Source of the DNA: Syntrophales bacterium
GTDB taxonomy: Bacteria; Desulfobacterota; Syntrophia; Syntrophales; UBA8958
DNA: 64,000 bases
Direction of reading: 5' to 3'
NCBI GenBank assembly: GCA_035448805.1
Contig: DAOTJR010000003.1
Location: 66,062 to 130,061, forward strand
In this document: positions 35,079 through 46,095 of the stretch, one piece after another
Numbering within the stretch: position 1 is the first letter of the stretch
Layout of the letters: the number at the start of each line of letters is the position of its first letter
Notes under the pieces: model-generated
What the model was told of the DNA's origin: nothing
What the model saw: the letters and a program-made list of their open reading frames with translations, nothing else
Databases searched by the model: none
Made by a program: the position numbers and the translations under genes

Positions 35079-36392
35079 ATGTCAGAGAAGAAACAAGATA
35101 AGCAGTTTTTCACTGTCGCGAGGGTATTCTTCCTGCTTATCGTAATCCCCTTATCACTGATGGCGATCCTCATCGCCAATGGGATTTTCAAATTAGGGGT
35201 TACAGTAAAAGAGCGGGCTGTGACCGTTCTGGACCAGAAATCTCAGGAAGAAATCAAGATACGTGCCATGAACATCGCCGATGAAGTGTCGAACTTCCTT
35301 ACGGAACGAAAGAAGGACGCCCTCATCGCCACGATCATCCCGGCCACGGAATCGGCATACAAACAGTTTGTCAACGAGAACCGCCGCAATATCTGGATCA
35401 AGGAAGGCGACAAGTTAAAACAGATATCCGTCCCCGTGTACACGGAAATGACTCTCATCGACAAAAGCGGCAACGAGGTCATCAAGATCACCAACGGCGA
35501 AATCGCACCCAAATCCCGGCTCACCAACGTGAGCATCCCGGCGAACACCACCTACAAATCGGAAACATACTTCGCCTCGGCCAAGTCCATAAACAAGGGC
35601 GACGTCCATGTTTCCCCGGTGACGGGATGGTATGTGAACCGTGCCGATTTCGAAAAGGGTAAGCGCTTCTCCGGGGTCATCCGTTTTGCCACGCCGCTGT
35701 ACGGCCGGGAAGGTCTGCAGGGGGTAGTGCAACTGGCCCTTGATTACCGACATCTCGCCGCTTATACCGACCACGTAATTCCCACTCAGGCGACGCCGGT
35801 CTTCGAAGCGGACGCCTCAACCGGTAATTACGCCTATATGGTCGATAATCGGGGACTGATGATTTCCCACCCCAACGATTATCACATCGAAGGGCTCTAT
35901 CCCGACGGCAGGCCGGTACCGGCGCTGACGGAGCAGACCTCGGCGGAAATGACGAAAAAGGGTGAAGAGGTACTCAACCTCAACCTCATGGGTTTTATCG
36001 ATCCCAATCTGCCTTTGATCGCCAAGGATGCCGCGGCGGGGAAAGCCGGCATCAAGACCTATAAGTTTGCCGGACACACCAAGTTCGTGGCGTACGCACC
36101 CATAAAATTCTTTACCCAGGAATATCCCGCTCCGGGAGGTTTCGGATGGGTAGGCATGGGTGTGGATGTCGAGAAATTCAACGAGGCCGCCGCCAAGGCA
36201 ACCCAGAACATCCAGAAGGAGGCGAAAGCCTGGTCCACGACGATCATCCTGATCCTGGTGATATCCATTATCCTCCTGTTCGCCATTGCCGGGCTGTTGT
36301 CCAGAGGTATCTCCCGCTCCATCGCGGCCGAAGTGCCGGCCGACGCCCAGGGGGAGGGACCTTTCTACGATGACGAGGAAGAAGATAAATAA
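35079..36392 (+). CDS. Membrane protein with a periplasmic double-Cache-like sensor domain and no output domain
   Basis: 437 aa. TM1 (aa ~15-37), a roughly 330-aa extracytoplasmic region with Cache-type patterns (YAYMVDNRGLMISHPN, KFVAYAPI), TM2 (aa ~385-407), then only about 30 residues ending in an acidic tail. Confidence 0.75.
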   Translation: MSEKKQDKQFFTVARVFFLLIVIPLSLMAILIANGIFKLGVTVKERAVTVLDQKSQEEIKIRAMNIADEVSNFLTERKKDALIATIIPATESAYKQFVNENRRNIWIKEGDKLKQISVPVYTEMTLIDKSGNEVIKITNGEIAPKSRLTNVSIPANTTYKSETYFASAKSINKGDVHVSPVTGWYVNRADFEKGKRFSGVIRFATPLYGREGLQGVVQLALDYRHLAAYTDHVIPTQATPVFEADASTGNYAYMVDNRGLMISHPNDYHIEGLYPDGRPVPALTEQTSAEMTKKGEEVLNLNLMGFIDPNLPLIAKDAAAGKAGIKTYKFAGHTKFVAYAPIKFFTQEYPAPGGFGWVGMGVDVEKFNEAAAKATQNIQKEAKAWSTTIILILVISIILLFAIAGLLSRGISRSIAAEVPADAQGEGPFYDDEEEDK

Positions 36393-36410
36393 AGCCCCAT
36401 ACCGATGAAA

Positions 36411-36441
36411 AAAGGCCGGATTTGATCCGGCCTTTTTTTTT
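36411..36441 (+). terminator. Rho-independent terminator after the Cache gene
   Basis: AGGCCGGA-TTTGA-TCCGGCCT followed by nine T. Confidence 0.8.
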
Positions 36442-36557
36442 CCCCCCACCCCGGGGGGGTGTAATATCTTTCCGTTTGACTTCACAATTGATTATTGATA
36501 AATGCAGCCGTGTCTTTCTTAATACCTCGGTAAACATCTACAGACAGGAGGAATCCC

Positions 36558-38966
36558 ATGAATGATAACAGACTGGTCATCTGGTTCGACGAACTGCAAC
36601 TTGGCGACATCCCTCAGGTGGGTGGGAAAAACGCCTCCCTGGGCGAAATGCGCCGGGAGCTGATTCCCAAGGGAGTGAACATCCCCGACGGATATGCGGT
36701 CACCGCCCATGCCTATCGCTACCTGCTGCAATCGGCGGGCATTTTCAACGAAATAAAGGCGGTTTTATCCGACCTGGATACCCATAACATCGAAAATCTC
36801 AAGGCCCGAGGCCACAAGGTCCGGGAACTCATCTACAACGCGCCCTTCCCCGCAGATCTGACCGCCGCGATCATCGAGGCCTACCGGAAGCTCTGTGAAG
36901 AATACGGAGAAAACACCGATGTAGCGGTAAGAAGTTCCGCCACGGCGGAGGACCTCCCCGACGCCAGCTTTGCCGGTCAGCAGGAGACATACCTCAACAT
37001 CACCGGGGAAGCGGCGCTGATCGAGGCCTGCAAGCGCTGTTTCGCCTCCCTCTTCACCGACCGGGCGATTTCCTATCGCGTGGACAAGGGATTCGACCAT
37101 ATGTCCATCGCCCTGTCCATCGGCGTGCAGAAGATGGTCCGTTCCGATCTTGCGGCCTCGGGAGTCATTTTCTCCATCGACACGGAATCGGGCTTCAAGG
37201 AAGCCGTACTGATCACCGGTGCCTACGGACTGGGGGAGACGGTGGTGCAGGGAACGGTCAATCCCGATGAGTTCTACGTCTTCAAGCCGACCCTCAAACA
37301 GGGATACCGCCCCATCGTCCAGAAAAAGCTCGGCACCAAGGAAATCAAGATGGTCTACGCCGCGCATCAGGGGGGGGAGGCCACCGAAACGGTTTCGGTT
37401 CCCGTGGAACAGCGGCGCAAGTTCTGTCTCAACGATGACGAGATCCTGAAGTTGGCCCGCTGGACCACCATCATCGAAGATCACTACTCCCAGCAGGCCG
37501 GGTATTTCAAGCCCATGGACATCGAATGGGGCAAGGATGGACGCACGGGTGAACTGTTCATCCTCCAGGCCCGTCCGGAAACGGTTCAGTCCCAGAAGGA
37601 CGCCAGCGTCCTGGAAAGCTACGTCCTCCAGGAACAGAAAATACCCCTGGTCACCGGTACGGCGGTGGGTTCCAAAATCGGCGCCGGTCCGGCCAATATC
37701 ATCGAGTCCGTGGATCAGATCATGAACTTCAAGAAAGGAGAGGTCCTGGTCACCGACATGACGGACCCGGACTGGGAACCGGTGATGAAAATCGCCGCCG
37801 CCATCGTCACCAACAAAGGGGGCCGGACCTGCCATGCCGCCATCGTGAGCCGTGAACTCGGCGTCCCCTGCATTGTGGGCACGGAAAACGGCACCACCGC
37901 CCTCAAGGGTGTGAAGGAAGCGACGGTCTCATGCGCGGAAGGCGAGATCGGCAATGTCTATGAGGGCATTCTGAAATTCGATGTCCAGCGGGTGGACGCC
38001 AAAAACCTGGAACGTCCGAAGACACAGATCATGATGAACGTAGGCAACCCGGAAAACGCCTTCAACCTCGCCGCCATTCCCAACGACGGCGTCGGTCTGG
38101 CCCGGCTGGAGTTCATTATCAACCAGTTCATCAGCATCCACCCCATGGCCCTGATCCAGTTCGAGAAGGTGACGGATCCCGCCATCCGGGAAAAGATCGC
38201 CGCCCTTACCCACGGCTACGACAACCGGGCCGACTTCTTCGTGGATAAGCTGGCCCAGGGGGTGGCCAAGATCGCCGCCGCCTTCTACCCCCACGACGTC
38301 ATCGTCCGGATGAGCGACTTCAAGAGCAACGAATACAAGAACCTCATCGGCGGCCAGTATTTCGAAATGGACGAAGAGAACCCCATGATCGGCTTTCGGG
38401 GGGCCTCCCGCTATTACGATGAGCGCTACCGCGACGCCTTCGCCCTGGAATGCGAGGCCATGAAGAAGGTCCGCAACGAAATGGGGCTCGTCAACGCCAA
38501 ACTGATGATCCCCTTCTGCCGCACCGTGGAGGAGGGGAAGAAGGTCGTCGATTTGATGGCGGAAAAGGGCCTCGTGCGCGGGGAAAACAATCTGGAGATC
38601 TACATGATGGTGGAGATTCCCAGCAATGTCATCCTCATCGAGGAATTCGGCAAGATCTTCGACGGCTTCTCCATCGGTTCCAATGACCTGACCCAGCTCA
38701 CCCTGGGTCTGGACCGCGACTCCTTCCTCATCTCCCACATCTTTGACGAGCGCAATCAGGCCGTCATGGATCTTATCCGGATCGCCATCACCAAGGCCAA
38801 CAAGATGGGGAAAAAGATCGGAATCTGCGGCCAGGCCCCCAGCGATTATCCGGAATTTGCCCGCTTCCTGGTGGAATGCGGGATCAGCAGCATCTCCCTG
38901 AACTCCGACACGGTGATCAAGACCACCATCGACATCAAAGAAACGGAGAAGGCCCTGGGAAAATAG
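36558..38966 (+). CDS. ppsA: Phosphoenolpyruvate synthase
   Basis: 802 aa. ATP-grasp N terminus, phosphohistidine motif GGRTCHAAIVSRELGVPCIVG and C-terminal PEP-utilising motif GICGQAPSD. Confidence 0.95.
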   Translation: MNDNRLVIWFDELQLGDIPQVGGKNASLGEMRRELIPKGVNIPDGYAVTAHAYRYLLQSAGIFNEIKAVLSDLDTHNIENLKARGHKVRELIYNAPFPADLTAAIIEAYRKLCEEYGENTDVAVRSSATAEDLPDASFAGQQETYLNITGEAALIEACKRCFASLFTDRAISYRVDKGFDHMSIALSIGVQKMVRSDLAASGVIFSIDTESGFKEAVLITGAYGLGETVVQGTVNPDEFYVFKPTLKQGYRPIVQKKLGTKEIKMVYAAHQGGEATETVSVPVEQRRKFCLNDDEILKLARWTTIIEDHYSQQAGYFKPMDIEWGKDGRTGELFILQARPETVQSQKDASVLESYVLQEQKIPLVTGTAVGSKIGAGPANIIESVDQIMNFKKGEVLVTDMTDPDWEPVMKIAAAIVTNKGGRTCHAAIVSRELGVPCIVGTENGTTALKGVKEATVSCAEGEIGNVYEGILKFDVQRVDAKNLERPKTQIMMNVGNPENAFNLAAIPNDGVGLARLEFIINQFISIHPMALIQFEKVTDPAIREKIAALTHGYDNRADFFVDKLAQGVAKIAAAFYPHDVIVRMSDFKSNEYKNLIGGQYFEMDEENPMIGFRGASRYYDERYRDAFALECEAMKKVRNEMGLVNAKLMIPFCRTVEEGKKVVDLMAEKGLVRGENNLEIYMMVEIPSNVILIEEFGKIFDGFSIGSNDLTQLTLGLDRDSFLISHIFDERNQAVMDLIRIAITKANKMGKKIGICGQAPSDYPEFARFLVECGISSISLNSDTVIKTTIDIKETEKALGK

Positions 38967-39102
38967 AGGTTTTCCCCCGACCGGCGGAAGAAATGCCGGC
39001 CGGCGGCGGACATGGGTCATGCCCCGGGGCGTGACCCGAGGAAGGACCGATAACGGCAATGTTTCGGATTTGATTTGCAAGCGGCGATGAGAACATGAAG
39101 AA

Positions 39103-39134
39103 GGGGGGTGCGGTTCCCGGGAACCGCACCCCCC
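39103..39134. terminator. Bidirectional terminator hairpin between ppsA and rnpB
   Basis: GGGGGGTGCGGTTC (39103-39116) and GAACCGCACCCCCC (39121-39134) form a 14-bp perfect stem. T-rich flanks occur on both strands. Confidence 0.7.
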
Positions 39135-39151
39135 TTGCTTTGATGAGATGT

Positions 39152-39535
39152 CTGAGGAGGCCGTAAGCCGAGTTCTGTTCCGACCGCGGGTCACCCCGAC
39201 AGCCGGCGATGATCATTCCTCTGGGACGGCGGTTACCCGCCGCCTCAAGCAACCTACCCGAGAACATCGGACGGGCCGTCCTCGATCGTCCTCCTATTCG
39301 GTCTTGCTCCGGATGGGGTTTACCGTGCCTCCTCTGTCACCAGAGAAGCGGTGAGCTCTTACCTCGCCTTTTCACCCTTACCCGCCCGGAGCGAAGCCCC
39401 GAAGCGGGCGGTATATTTTCTGTGGCACTTTCCTTAGGGTCGCCCCCAGTCGCCGTTAGCGACCATCCTGCCCTGCGGAGCTCGGACTTTCCTCCCGTCC
39501 GGCAATGCCGGACCAGCGATCATCTGTCCTCCTCA
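39152..39535 (-). ncRNA. rnpB: RNase P RNA, bacterial type A
   Basis: The minus strand reads GGGAGGAAAGTCCGAGCTCC (P4), ACAGAAAATATACCGCC, GGGTAAGGGTGAAAAGGCGAGGTAAGAGCTCACC, GGCACGGTAAACCCCATCCGGAGCAAGACCGAATAGG and ACAGAACTCGGCTTACGG. It is collinear with E. coli M1 RNA. P1 is formed by GAGGAGG (5') and CCTCCTC (3'). Confidence 0.9.
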
Positions 39536-40258
39536 GACATTTTCCTTACTCTGGTCGTACCAATAAATGATCCGGCGGCAGTTCGGACAAACGATCAGCT
39601 CCTCCGTCTCTTCCCGCAACTCATTGTACAACTGGGGAGGGATGTTCATATGACACCCTTCGCAGGTTTCCTTCCAGGCGGAAACCACCGCCAGGCCGTT
39701 ATTGACGTTTTTTGTCATATCATATTTCTTCAAAAGCTGCTTCGGAATCTTGCCCCGCAGCGCCTCGCCCTGAAGATTAACCTCCCGGAGTCGCGATTCG
39801 ACGGACCCGAGATGACCGGCAATCTTTTCCCTTTCCTCATCGTACTTCCTCCGGGCGGCGTCGAATTCACCTTCCCGGGCCGTCAAGGAGGTCTTCATGG
39901 CGTCGATCTCTTCGAGGACGGTAATGATCCTGTCTTCCACAGCACCGTGTTTTTGTTCCAGGGTTTCTATTTCCTTCAACACCGCCTGATATTCCTTGTT
40001 GGACTTTACGTCATGAATCCGGTCCCGGGTTTTCCGGAGCTGCTCCATGCCCTTCTTCAGGGCATCTTCCAGCTCCCGGTGAGTCCTGTTTTTTTCCTCA
40101 AGACGCTTTTTTTCCTCTTCCAGACCCGCCTGGACGGCGGCAAAATCGGCATCGAGCTTTGCCAGCCGCAACGGGAGTTCCTTCCTGCTCAGGAGAATTC
40201 TTTGCATCTCCGTATCGACCTTCTGCAAGGCGATGAGATGCACCAGATTTTCATTCAA
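39533..40258 (-). CDS. COG1579-type coiled-coil protein with a C-terminal C4 zinc ribbon
   Basis: 241 aa. Long heptad-rich region, then CEGCHMNIPPQ...CPNCRRI. Its stop codon abuts the rnpB 5' end. Confidence 0.8.
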   Translation of the reverse strand: MNENLVHLIALQKVDTEMQRILLSRKELPLRLAKLDADFAAVQAGLEEEKKRLEEKNRTHRELEDALKKGMEQLRKTRDRIHDVKSNKEYQAVLKEIETLEQKHGAVEDRIITVLEEIDAMKTSLTAREGEFDAARRKYDEEREKIAGHLGSVESRLREVNLQGEALRGKIPKQLLKKYDMTKNVNNGLAVVSAWKETCEGCHMNIPPQLYNELREETEELIVCPNCRRIIYWYDQSKENV

Positions 40259-40290
40259 GATGATTTACCCCTTTCTCGAGCCGCCCAAAA

Positions 40291-40323
40291 CAAAAAAAGT
40301 GCACCTTAGACAAGGTGCACTTT
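40291..40323 (-). terminator. Terminator-like hairpin downstream of tRNA(CAT)
   Basis: The minus strand reads AAGTGCACC-TTGTCTA-AGGTGCACTT followed by TTTTTTTG. Confidence 0.6.
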
Positions 40324-40406
40324 GATTCCCGGGGTGACGGTACTTCCTGTCATCCCTCTCTGCGCCGGCTTCTTCTTTTGTTTACAACCGCTGTACATAT
40401 ATATCT

Positions 40407-40482
40407 TGGTGGGCCCACCTGGGATCGAACCAGGGACCTACCGGTTATGAGCCGGTGGCTCTACCAATTGAGCTATGGGCCC
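40407..40482 (-). tRNA. tRNA with anticodon CAT (elongator Met, or Ile2 if lysidinylated), CCA encoded
   Basis: 76 nt: GGGCCCA TA GCTC AATTGGTA GAGC C ACCGG CTCATAA CCGGT AGGTC CCTGG TTCGATC CCAGG TGGGCCC A CCA. Perfect cloverleaf. It lacks initiator features (no 1:72 mismatch, no 3 G-C pairs in the anticodon stem). Confidence 0.9.
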
Positions 40483-40625
40483 CAACACCCTCCTTTACAA
40501 GCTGATCCGTCTAAATATACTCAAGCCGCCTTGATGTCAATAGCCTATTTGCCCGATGACCCGTTGCGCAGCCATGGGAAACCGGATGGCTGCCGCAGCC
40601 CTGTCCGGCATTCCCGTCGCCGTGG

Positions 40626-42377
<1,752 letters not shown>

Positions 42378-42391
42378 AAAAAGCCTCCAGC

Positions 42392-44182
42392 TTATCCCTG
42401 CAACAGCATGGATTGTTCGTATTTGACAAGTTCCGCCTTTTCGGCAAGCAGTCGCTGGCACGACTCCGTATCCATCGCCTGTTGGGCCCGGACCAGCAAC
42501 ATATTCAAAGACCGGCGTTTTTCCTTGAACCACTTGCGTTTTATCTGCCGGACGGTATCACGGCATACCCTGTCCAAAGTCTCTCCGTCCCAGGATACGG
42601 AATCGACAACCCTCCCCAGGATCTCTTCCCGCAACGACCTCTGGGCAAGACGATCAACGAATTTCCCCAGATCAATCCGCCCCTGCCGCTCATAGCTTGC
42701 CGCCGCCTCCTCTCCCAGTTTTCGCAATTCGTCGTTCTGAAAATACCTCAGGGCATCCAGGCTCATCATCGCCGGTATCTTCTCGGGATGATCGAGGATC
42801 AGGGCGATAAAAGTGACCTCCAGGGCGTCCGGCACGGGGACGGCGGTGGTCTTACCCCCGGATTCCTTTCCCGTCGTCGTGGTCCTTTTCGACCGTCCCC
42901 GGTTCAGTTCCGCCTTGAGCACATCCTCATCCAGACCGATGCGCTGGGCAACGCGTTTGATGAAGAGATTCCTCTCCGCCTCGTTTTCCATCTTCGCGAT
43001 GAAAGCCATCGCCTCCCGGAGGGCGTCCCGGCCGCTCTCCAGGGACTTGACGTCGCCGATGAAGTTATCCAGATAATACTCCACCGCCGGCGGCGCTCCT
43101 TCAACCAGGGCCAGAAATTTTTCCCGGCCTGACTTACCGACAAAGTCGTCGGGATCGGCACCGTCCGGGAGCATTACCGCCCGCATATGGAGACCGCCCT
43201 CGACAAACAGCGACAGACTCCGTGCCAGCGCCTTATTCCCGGCTTCATCGGCATCGAAGACGATCGCGGCCTGCCGGGTATACCTGCGGAGCAGCTCCAC
43301 ATGTTCTCTGGTAAGCGCCGTTCCCAGGGTGGCCACGACATTGCCGATGCCGGCGTTCCAAAGGGCGAGGAGATCGAAATAACCCTCGACCAGGATCACA
43401 TGACCGCTTTTGCGTATCTCATCCCTCGCTCTGCTGAGCCCGTAGAGGTTCTTCCCCTTGCTGAAGAGCACCGATTCCGGCGAGTTCAGATATTTGGGCG
43501 TCCCCTCCCCGATGATACGGCCGCCGAAGGCAATGATCTGGCCGGATTGATCTTCGATAGGAAAGATAAGACGGCCCCGGAAACGGTCGTAATAATCCCC
43601 CCGCTCATTCCTGGCCAGGAGCCCTGCCTGTTCGGCCAGGGGCAGAGGGATCTTTTTCCGCACCAGATAATCCCGGAGATGATTCCAACCCGGCAGGGCA
43701 TAACCCAGTCGGAACTCCCGGACAATCCCGTTGCCGATCCCCCGCTGCTCCAGGTAACGCCTAGCCGTCAGGCCTTCCCCTCCCTCCAGGCGATCGGTGA
43801 AATAGGCCGCCGCCAGGCCGTGGAGACGGAGCATCTGTTCCCGGAGAGTAAGCCGCCCCTTTTCCCGATCGCTCAGGGTACGGCTGGGAAGAACCACTCC
43901 CGTTTTCCCCGCCAGGTATCTGACGGCCTCGGGAAAGGAAAGGTTGTTTTGTTTCATCACGAAGGTGATGGCGTTGCCCCCCTCCCCGCACCCGAAACAG
44001 TAAAAGATCTGCTTCTCCGGGTTCACCGTAAAAGAGGGGGTCTTTTCCTGATGAAAGGGGCAAAGACCGATGAAATTACGACCCGCCTGTTTAAGGTTCA
44101 CATAACCTGCCACCAGATCCACGATGTTGATCCTGCTTTTGACTTCGTCGATCTTGTCTTCAGGAATCGAGCCTTTCATCAT
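42392..44182 (-). CDS. dnaG: DNA primase
   Basis: 596 aa. Zinc finger [29 protein letters not shown] and a TOPRIM region ([16 protein letters not shown]). Confidence 0.9.
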   Translation of the reverse strand: MMKGSIPEDKIDEVKSRINIVDLVAGYVNLKQAGRNFIGLCPFHQEKTPSFTVNPEKQIFYCFGCGEGGNAITFVMKQNNLSFPEAVRYLAGKTGVVLPSRTLSDREKGRLTLREQMLRLHGLAAAYFTDRLEGGEGLTARRYLEQRGIGNGIVREFRLGYALPGWNHLRDYLVRKKIPLPLAEQAGLLARNERGDYYDRFRGRLIFPIEDQSGQIIAFGGRIIGEGTPKYLNSPESVLFSKGKNLYGLSRARDEIRKSGHVILVEGYFDLLALWNAGIGNVVATLGTALTREHVELLRRYTRQAAIVFDADEAGNKALARSLSLFVEGGLHMRAVMLPDGADPDDFVGKSGREKFLALVEGAPPAVEYYLDNFIGDVKSLESGRDALREAMAFIAKMENEAERNLFIKRVAQRIGLDEDVLKAELNRGRSKRTTTTGKESGGKTTAVPVPDALEVTFIALILDHPEKIPAMMSLDALRYFQNDELRKLGEEAAASYERQGRIDLGKFVDRLAQRSLREEILGRVVDSVSWDGETLDRVCRDTVRQIKRKWFKEKRRSLNMLLVRAQQAMDTESCQRLLAEKAELVKYEQSMLLQG

Positions 44183-44191
44183 ATAATGGCA

Positions 44192-44638
44192 TCAACCTGC
44201 CAGGCGTCCCTTGACCTTTTCGCTGACCACCTTGCCGTCGGCCCGGCCGCTGATAACGGGCATCAGGGCCTTCATCACCTTCCCCATATCTTTCGGTCCC
44301 GCCGCGCCGGTTTCCTTGATGGCTTTAGCTATGGCCGCATCGAGGTCTTCTTCGGTAAATGGCCGGGGCATGAACTCCTGGACGACCTTGAGCTCGGCGG
44401 TCTCCTTTTCCACCAGGTCCATCCGTCCGCCCTTTTCAAACTGTTCAATGGAATCCTTACGCTGTTTGACCATGGCGGCGAGGGTCTGAAGAAATTCGGC
44501 CTCGGTCAATTCCCGTTTCAGATCTATTTCCTTATTGTGAACAGCGTTCTTTATCATTCTCAGGGCCGACAGGCGAATCTTGTCCTGGGCCTTCGCCGCC
44601 TTTATCAACTCCTGTTCCATTCTGGTTTTCAGTTCCAT
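44192..44638 (-). CDS. yqeY: GatB/YqeY domain protein
   Basis: 148 aa. LSALRMIKNA..., QRKDSIEQFEKGGR and GKVMKALMP are typical YqeY patterns. 9 nt upstream of dnaG. Confidence 0.85.
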   Translation of the reverse strand: MELKTRMEQELIKAAKAQDKIRLSALRMIKNAVHNKEIDLKRELTEAEFLQTLAAMVKQRKDSIEQFEKGGRMDLVEKETAELKVVQEFMPRPFTEEDLDAAIAKAIKETGAAGPKDMGKVMKALMPVISGRADGKVVSEKVKGRLAG

Positions 44639-44690
44639 ATCCTTCCATCCTCAAGTATCTATTGTGCGATCCACCTCACGCAATGTAACT

Positions 44691-44718
44691 AAATTATCCA
44701 CCCTTGGTCCTTTGTCAA
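44691..44718 (-). promoter_or_regulatory. Candidate sigma70-type promoter of yqeY-dnaG-rpoD
   Basis: The minus strand has TTGACA (44718-44713), a 16-nt spacer, then TAATTT (44696-44691), about 50 nt upstream of the yqeY ATG. Confidence 0.35.
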
Positions 44719-44730
44719 TGCCGGAAGTCG

Positions 44731-45078
44731 TTATCCCAGCCCGTCCGCCAGTTTCCTCCCCCCCAGCAGATGCATGTGGAGATGAAAGACAACCTGCCCC
44801 CCCTCTTCGTTACAGTTGATCACCGTCCGGAAGCCGCGCCGGTCTATGCCCTTCGTCTCGGCCACTTTCCGGGCCGCCCTGATCATAGCCCCCGCCAAAA
44901 CCGCATCGTCATCGGCGACGTCCAGAAGGGTGGCGATGTGTCGCTTGGGAATGATCACCACATGTACGGGCGCCATGGGATGGATGTCATCGAAGGCAAG
45001 CACCGTCTCATCTTCATAGACCTTTCGGCAGGGTATCGCACCTTGGACAAGCTTACAAAAGATACAATCGTCCATCAT
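44731..45078 (-). CDS. HIT-family (HinT-like) nucleotide hydrolase
   Basis: 115 aa. CIFCKL N terminus and histidine triad HLHMHLLGG. Confidence 0.85.
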   Translation of the reverse strand: MMDDCIFCKLVQGAIPCRKVYEDETVLAFDDIHPMAPVHVVIIPKRHIATLLDVADDDAVLAGAMIRAARKVAETKGIDRRGFRTVINCNEEGGQVVFHLHMHLLGGRKLADGLG

Positions 45079-45206
45079 TCATCCCTCCTGTCTTAAACCG
45101 TTTGTCTCAAGACATCATGCCGGCAATGTAAAAAACGTCATTGTCGTGCTTCGTAATTTTCCCCGGGGCATGAGTATTCTTTGCGAGGGCATCATTTTTG
45201 TCGGCG

Positions 45207-45938
45207 CTACTGTTTCGCTTTTGTCCGGAGGACCGCCGCCGCCAGGGAAAGGGCGCCGGTATACAGGGCCCGGCCGGCGATCACACCGATAATCCCGGCG
45301 GCCTCGACCGCCATGATCTTTTCGATGTCGGCCATACCGCTCACCCCCCCCGAGGCAATGACAGGAACTCCGGCCGCCTCGGCAAAGTCTCTGGTCGCCT
45401 CCACATTCACCCCCGTTTCCATACCGTCACGCCTGATATCCGTATAGACCACGGCCGAAAGGGGGCAATCATCGTAGGAACGGATCAATTCCAACGCCGT
45501 TTGCGAAGAAGTCTCCGTCCAGCCCTGTACCGAGACCTTTCCCTCCCGGGCGTCGATGCCAAGGATGATCTGATCGGCAAAAACCCGGCTTGCCTCCCGG
45601 ACCAGGCCCGGATTCCTGAGGGCCGCCGTTCCCAGGATCACCCACCGGACACCGAGGCCCAAATAATCGGCAATCGTCTCCAGATCCCGTATCCCCCCAC
45701 CCAATTCTACGGGAATATCTACCTCACGGATAATCTCACGGATGGCCTCCCGATTCCGCGGTGATCCGGCAAGGGAACCGTCCAGATCCACGACGTGAAT
45801 CCGTTCGGCGCCCTGTGCCTGCCACTGGCGGGCGATAGCGGCCGGATGGTCGCCATAAACGGTTACACGCCGGAAATCACCCTGGGCCAAGCGTACACAC
45901 CGTCCCTCTTTGATGTCAATGGCGGGAATTACTATCAT
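45207..45938 (-). CDS. hisA: ProFAR isomerase
   Basis: ATG at 45938 gives MIVIPAIDIKEGRCVRL. HVVDLDG, GGGIR and VIASGGV motifs are present. Confidence 0.9.
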   Translation of the reverse strand: MIVIPAIDIKEGRCVRLAQGDFRRVTVYGDHPAAIARQWQAQGAERIHVVDLDGSLAGSPRNREAIREIIREVDIPVELGGGIRDLETIADYLGLGVRWVILGTAALRNPGLVREASRVFADQIILGIDAREGKVSVQGWTETSSQTALELIRSYDDCPLSAVVYTDIRRDGMETGVNVEATRDFAEAAGVPVIASGGVSGMADIEKIMAVEAAGIIGVIAGRALYTGALSLAAAVLRTKAKQ

Positions 45939-46095
45939 CGCTTCCCCGGAAAAAAATTTCGGAATCCCCTTGGGAATTCCGATCCTTATCGACACCGCCC
46001 GGCAAAACAACCATCCTTATGTCTTTACCTTCCCGGCATCACCGCCGGCCGCAAGCAGGAAGATCCGGCGGTGACGGATCCGAACCGGACGCGGT

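Noticed and set aside
39209-40309. A 366-aa plus-strand ORF
   Set aside because: It overlaps the RNase P RNA gene and the COG1579 gene on the opposite strand. Both are strongly supported, and the ORF has no motifs.
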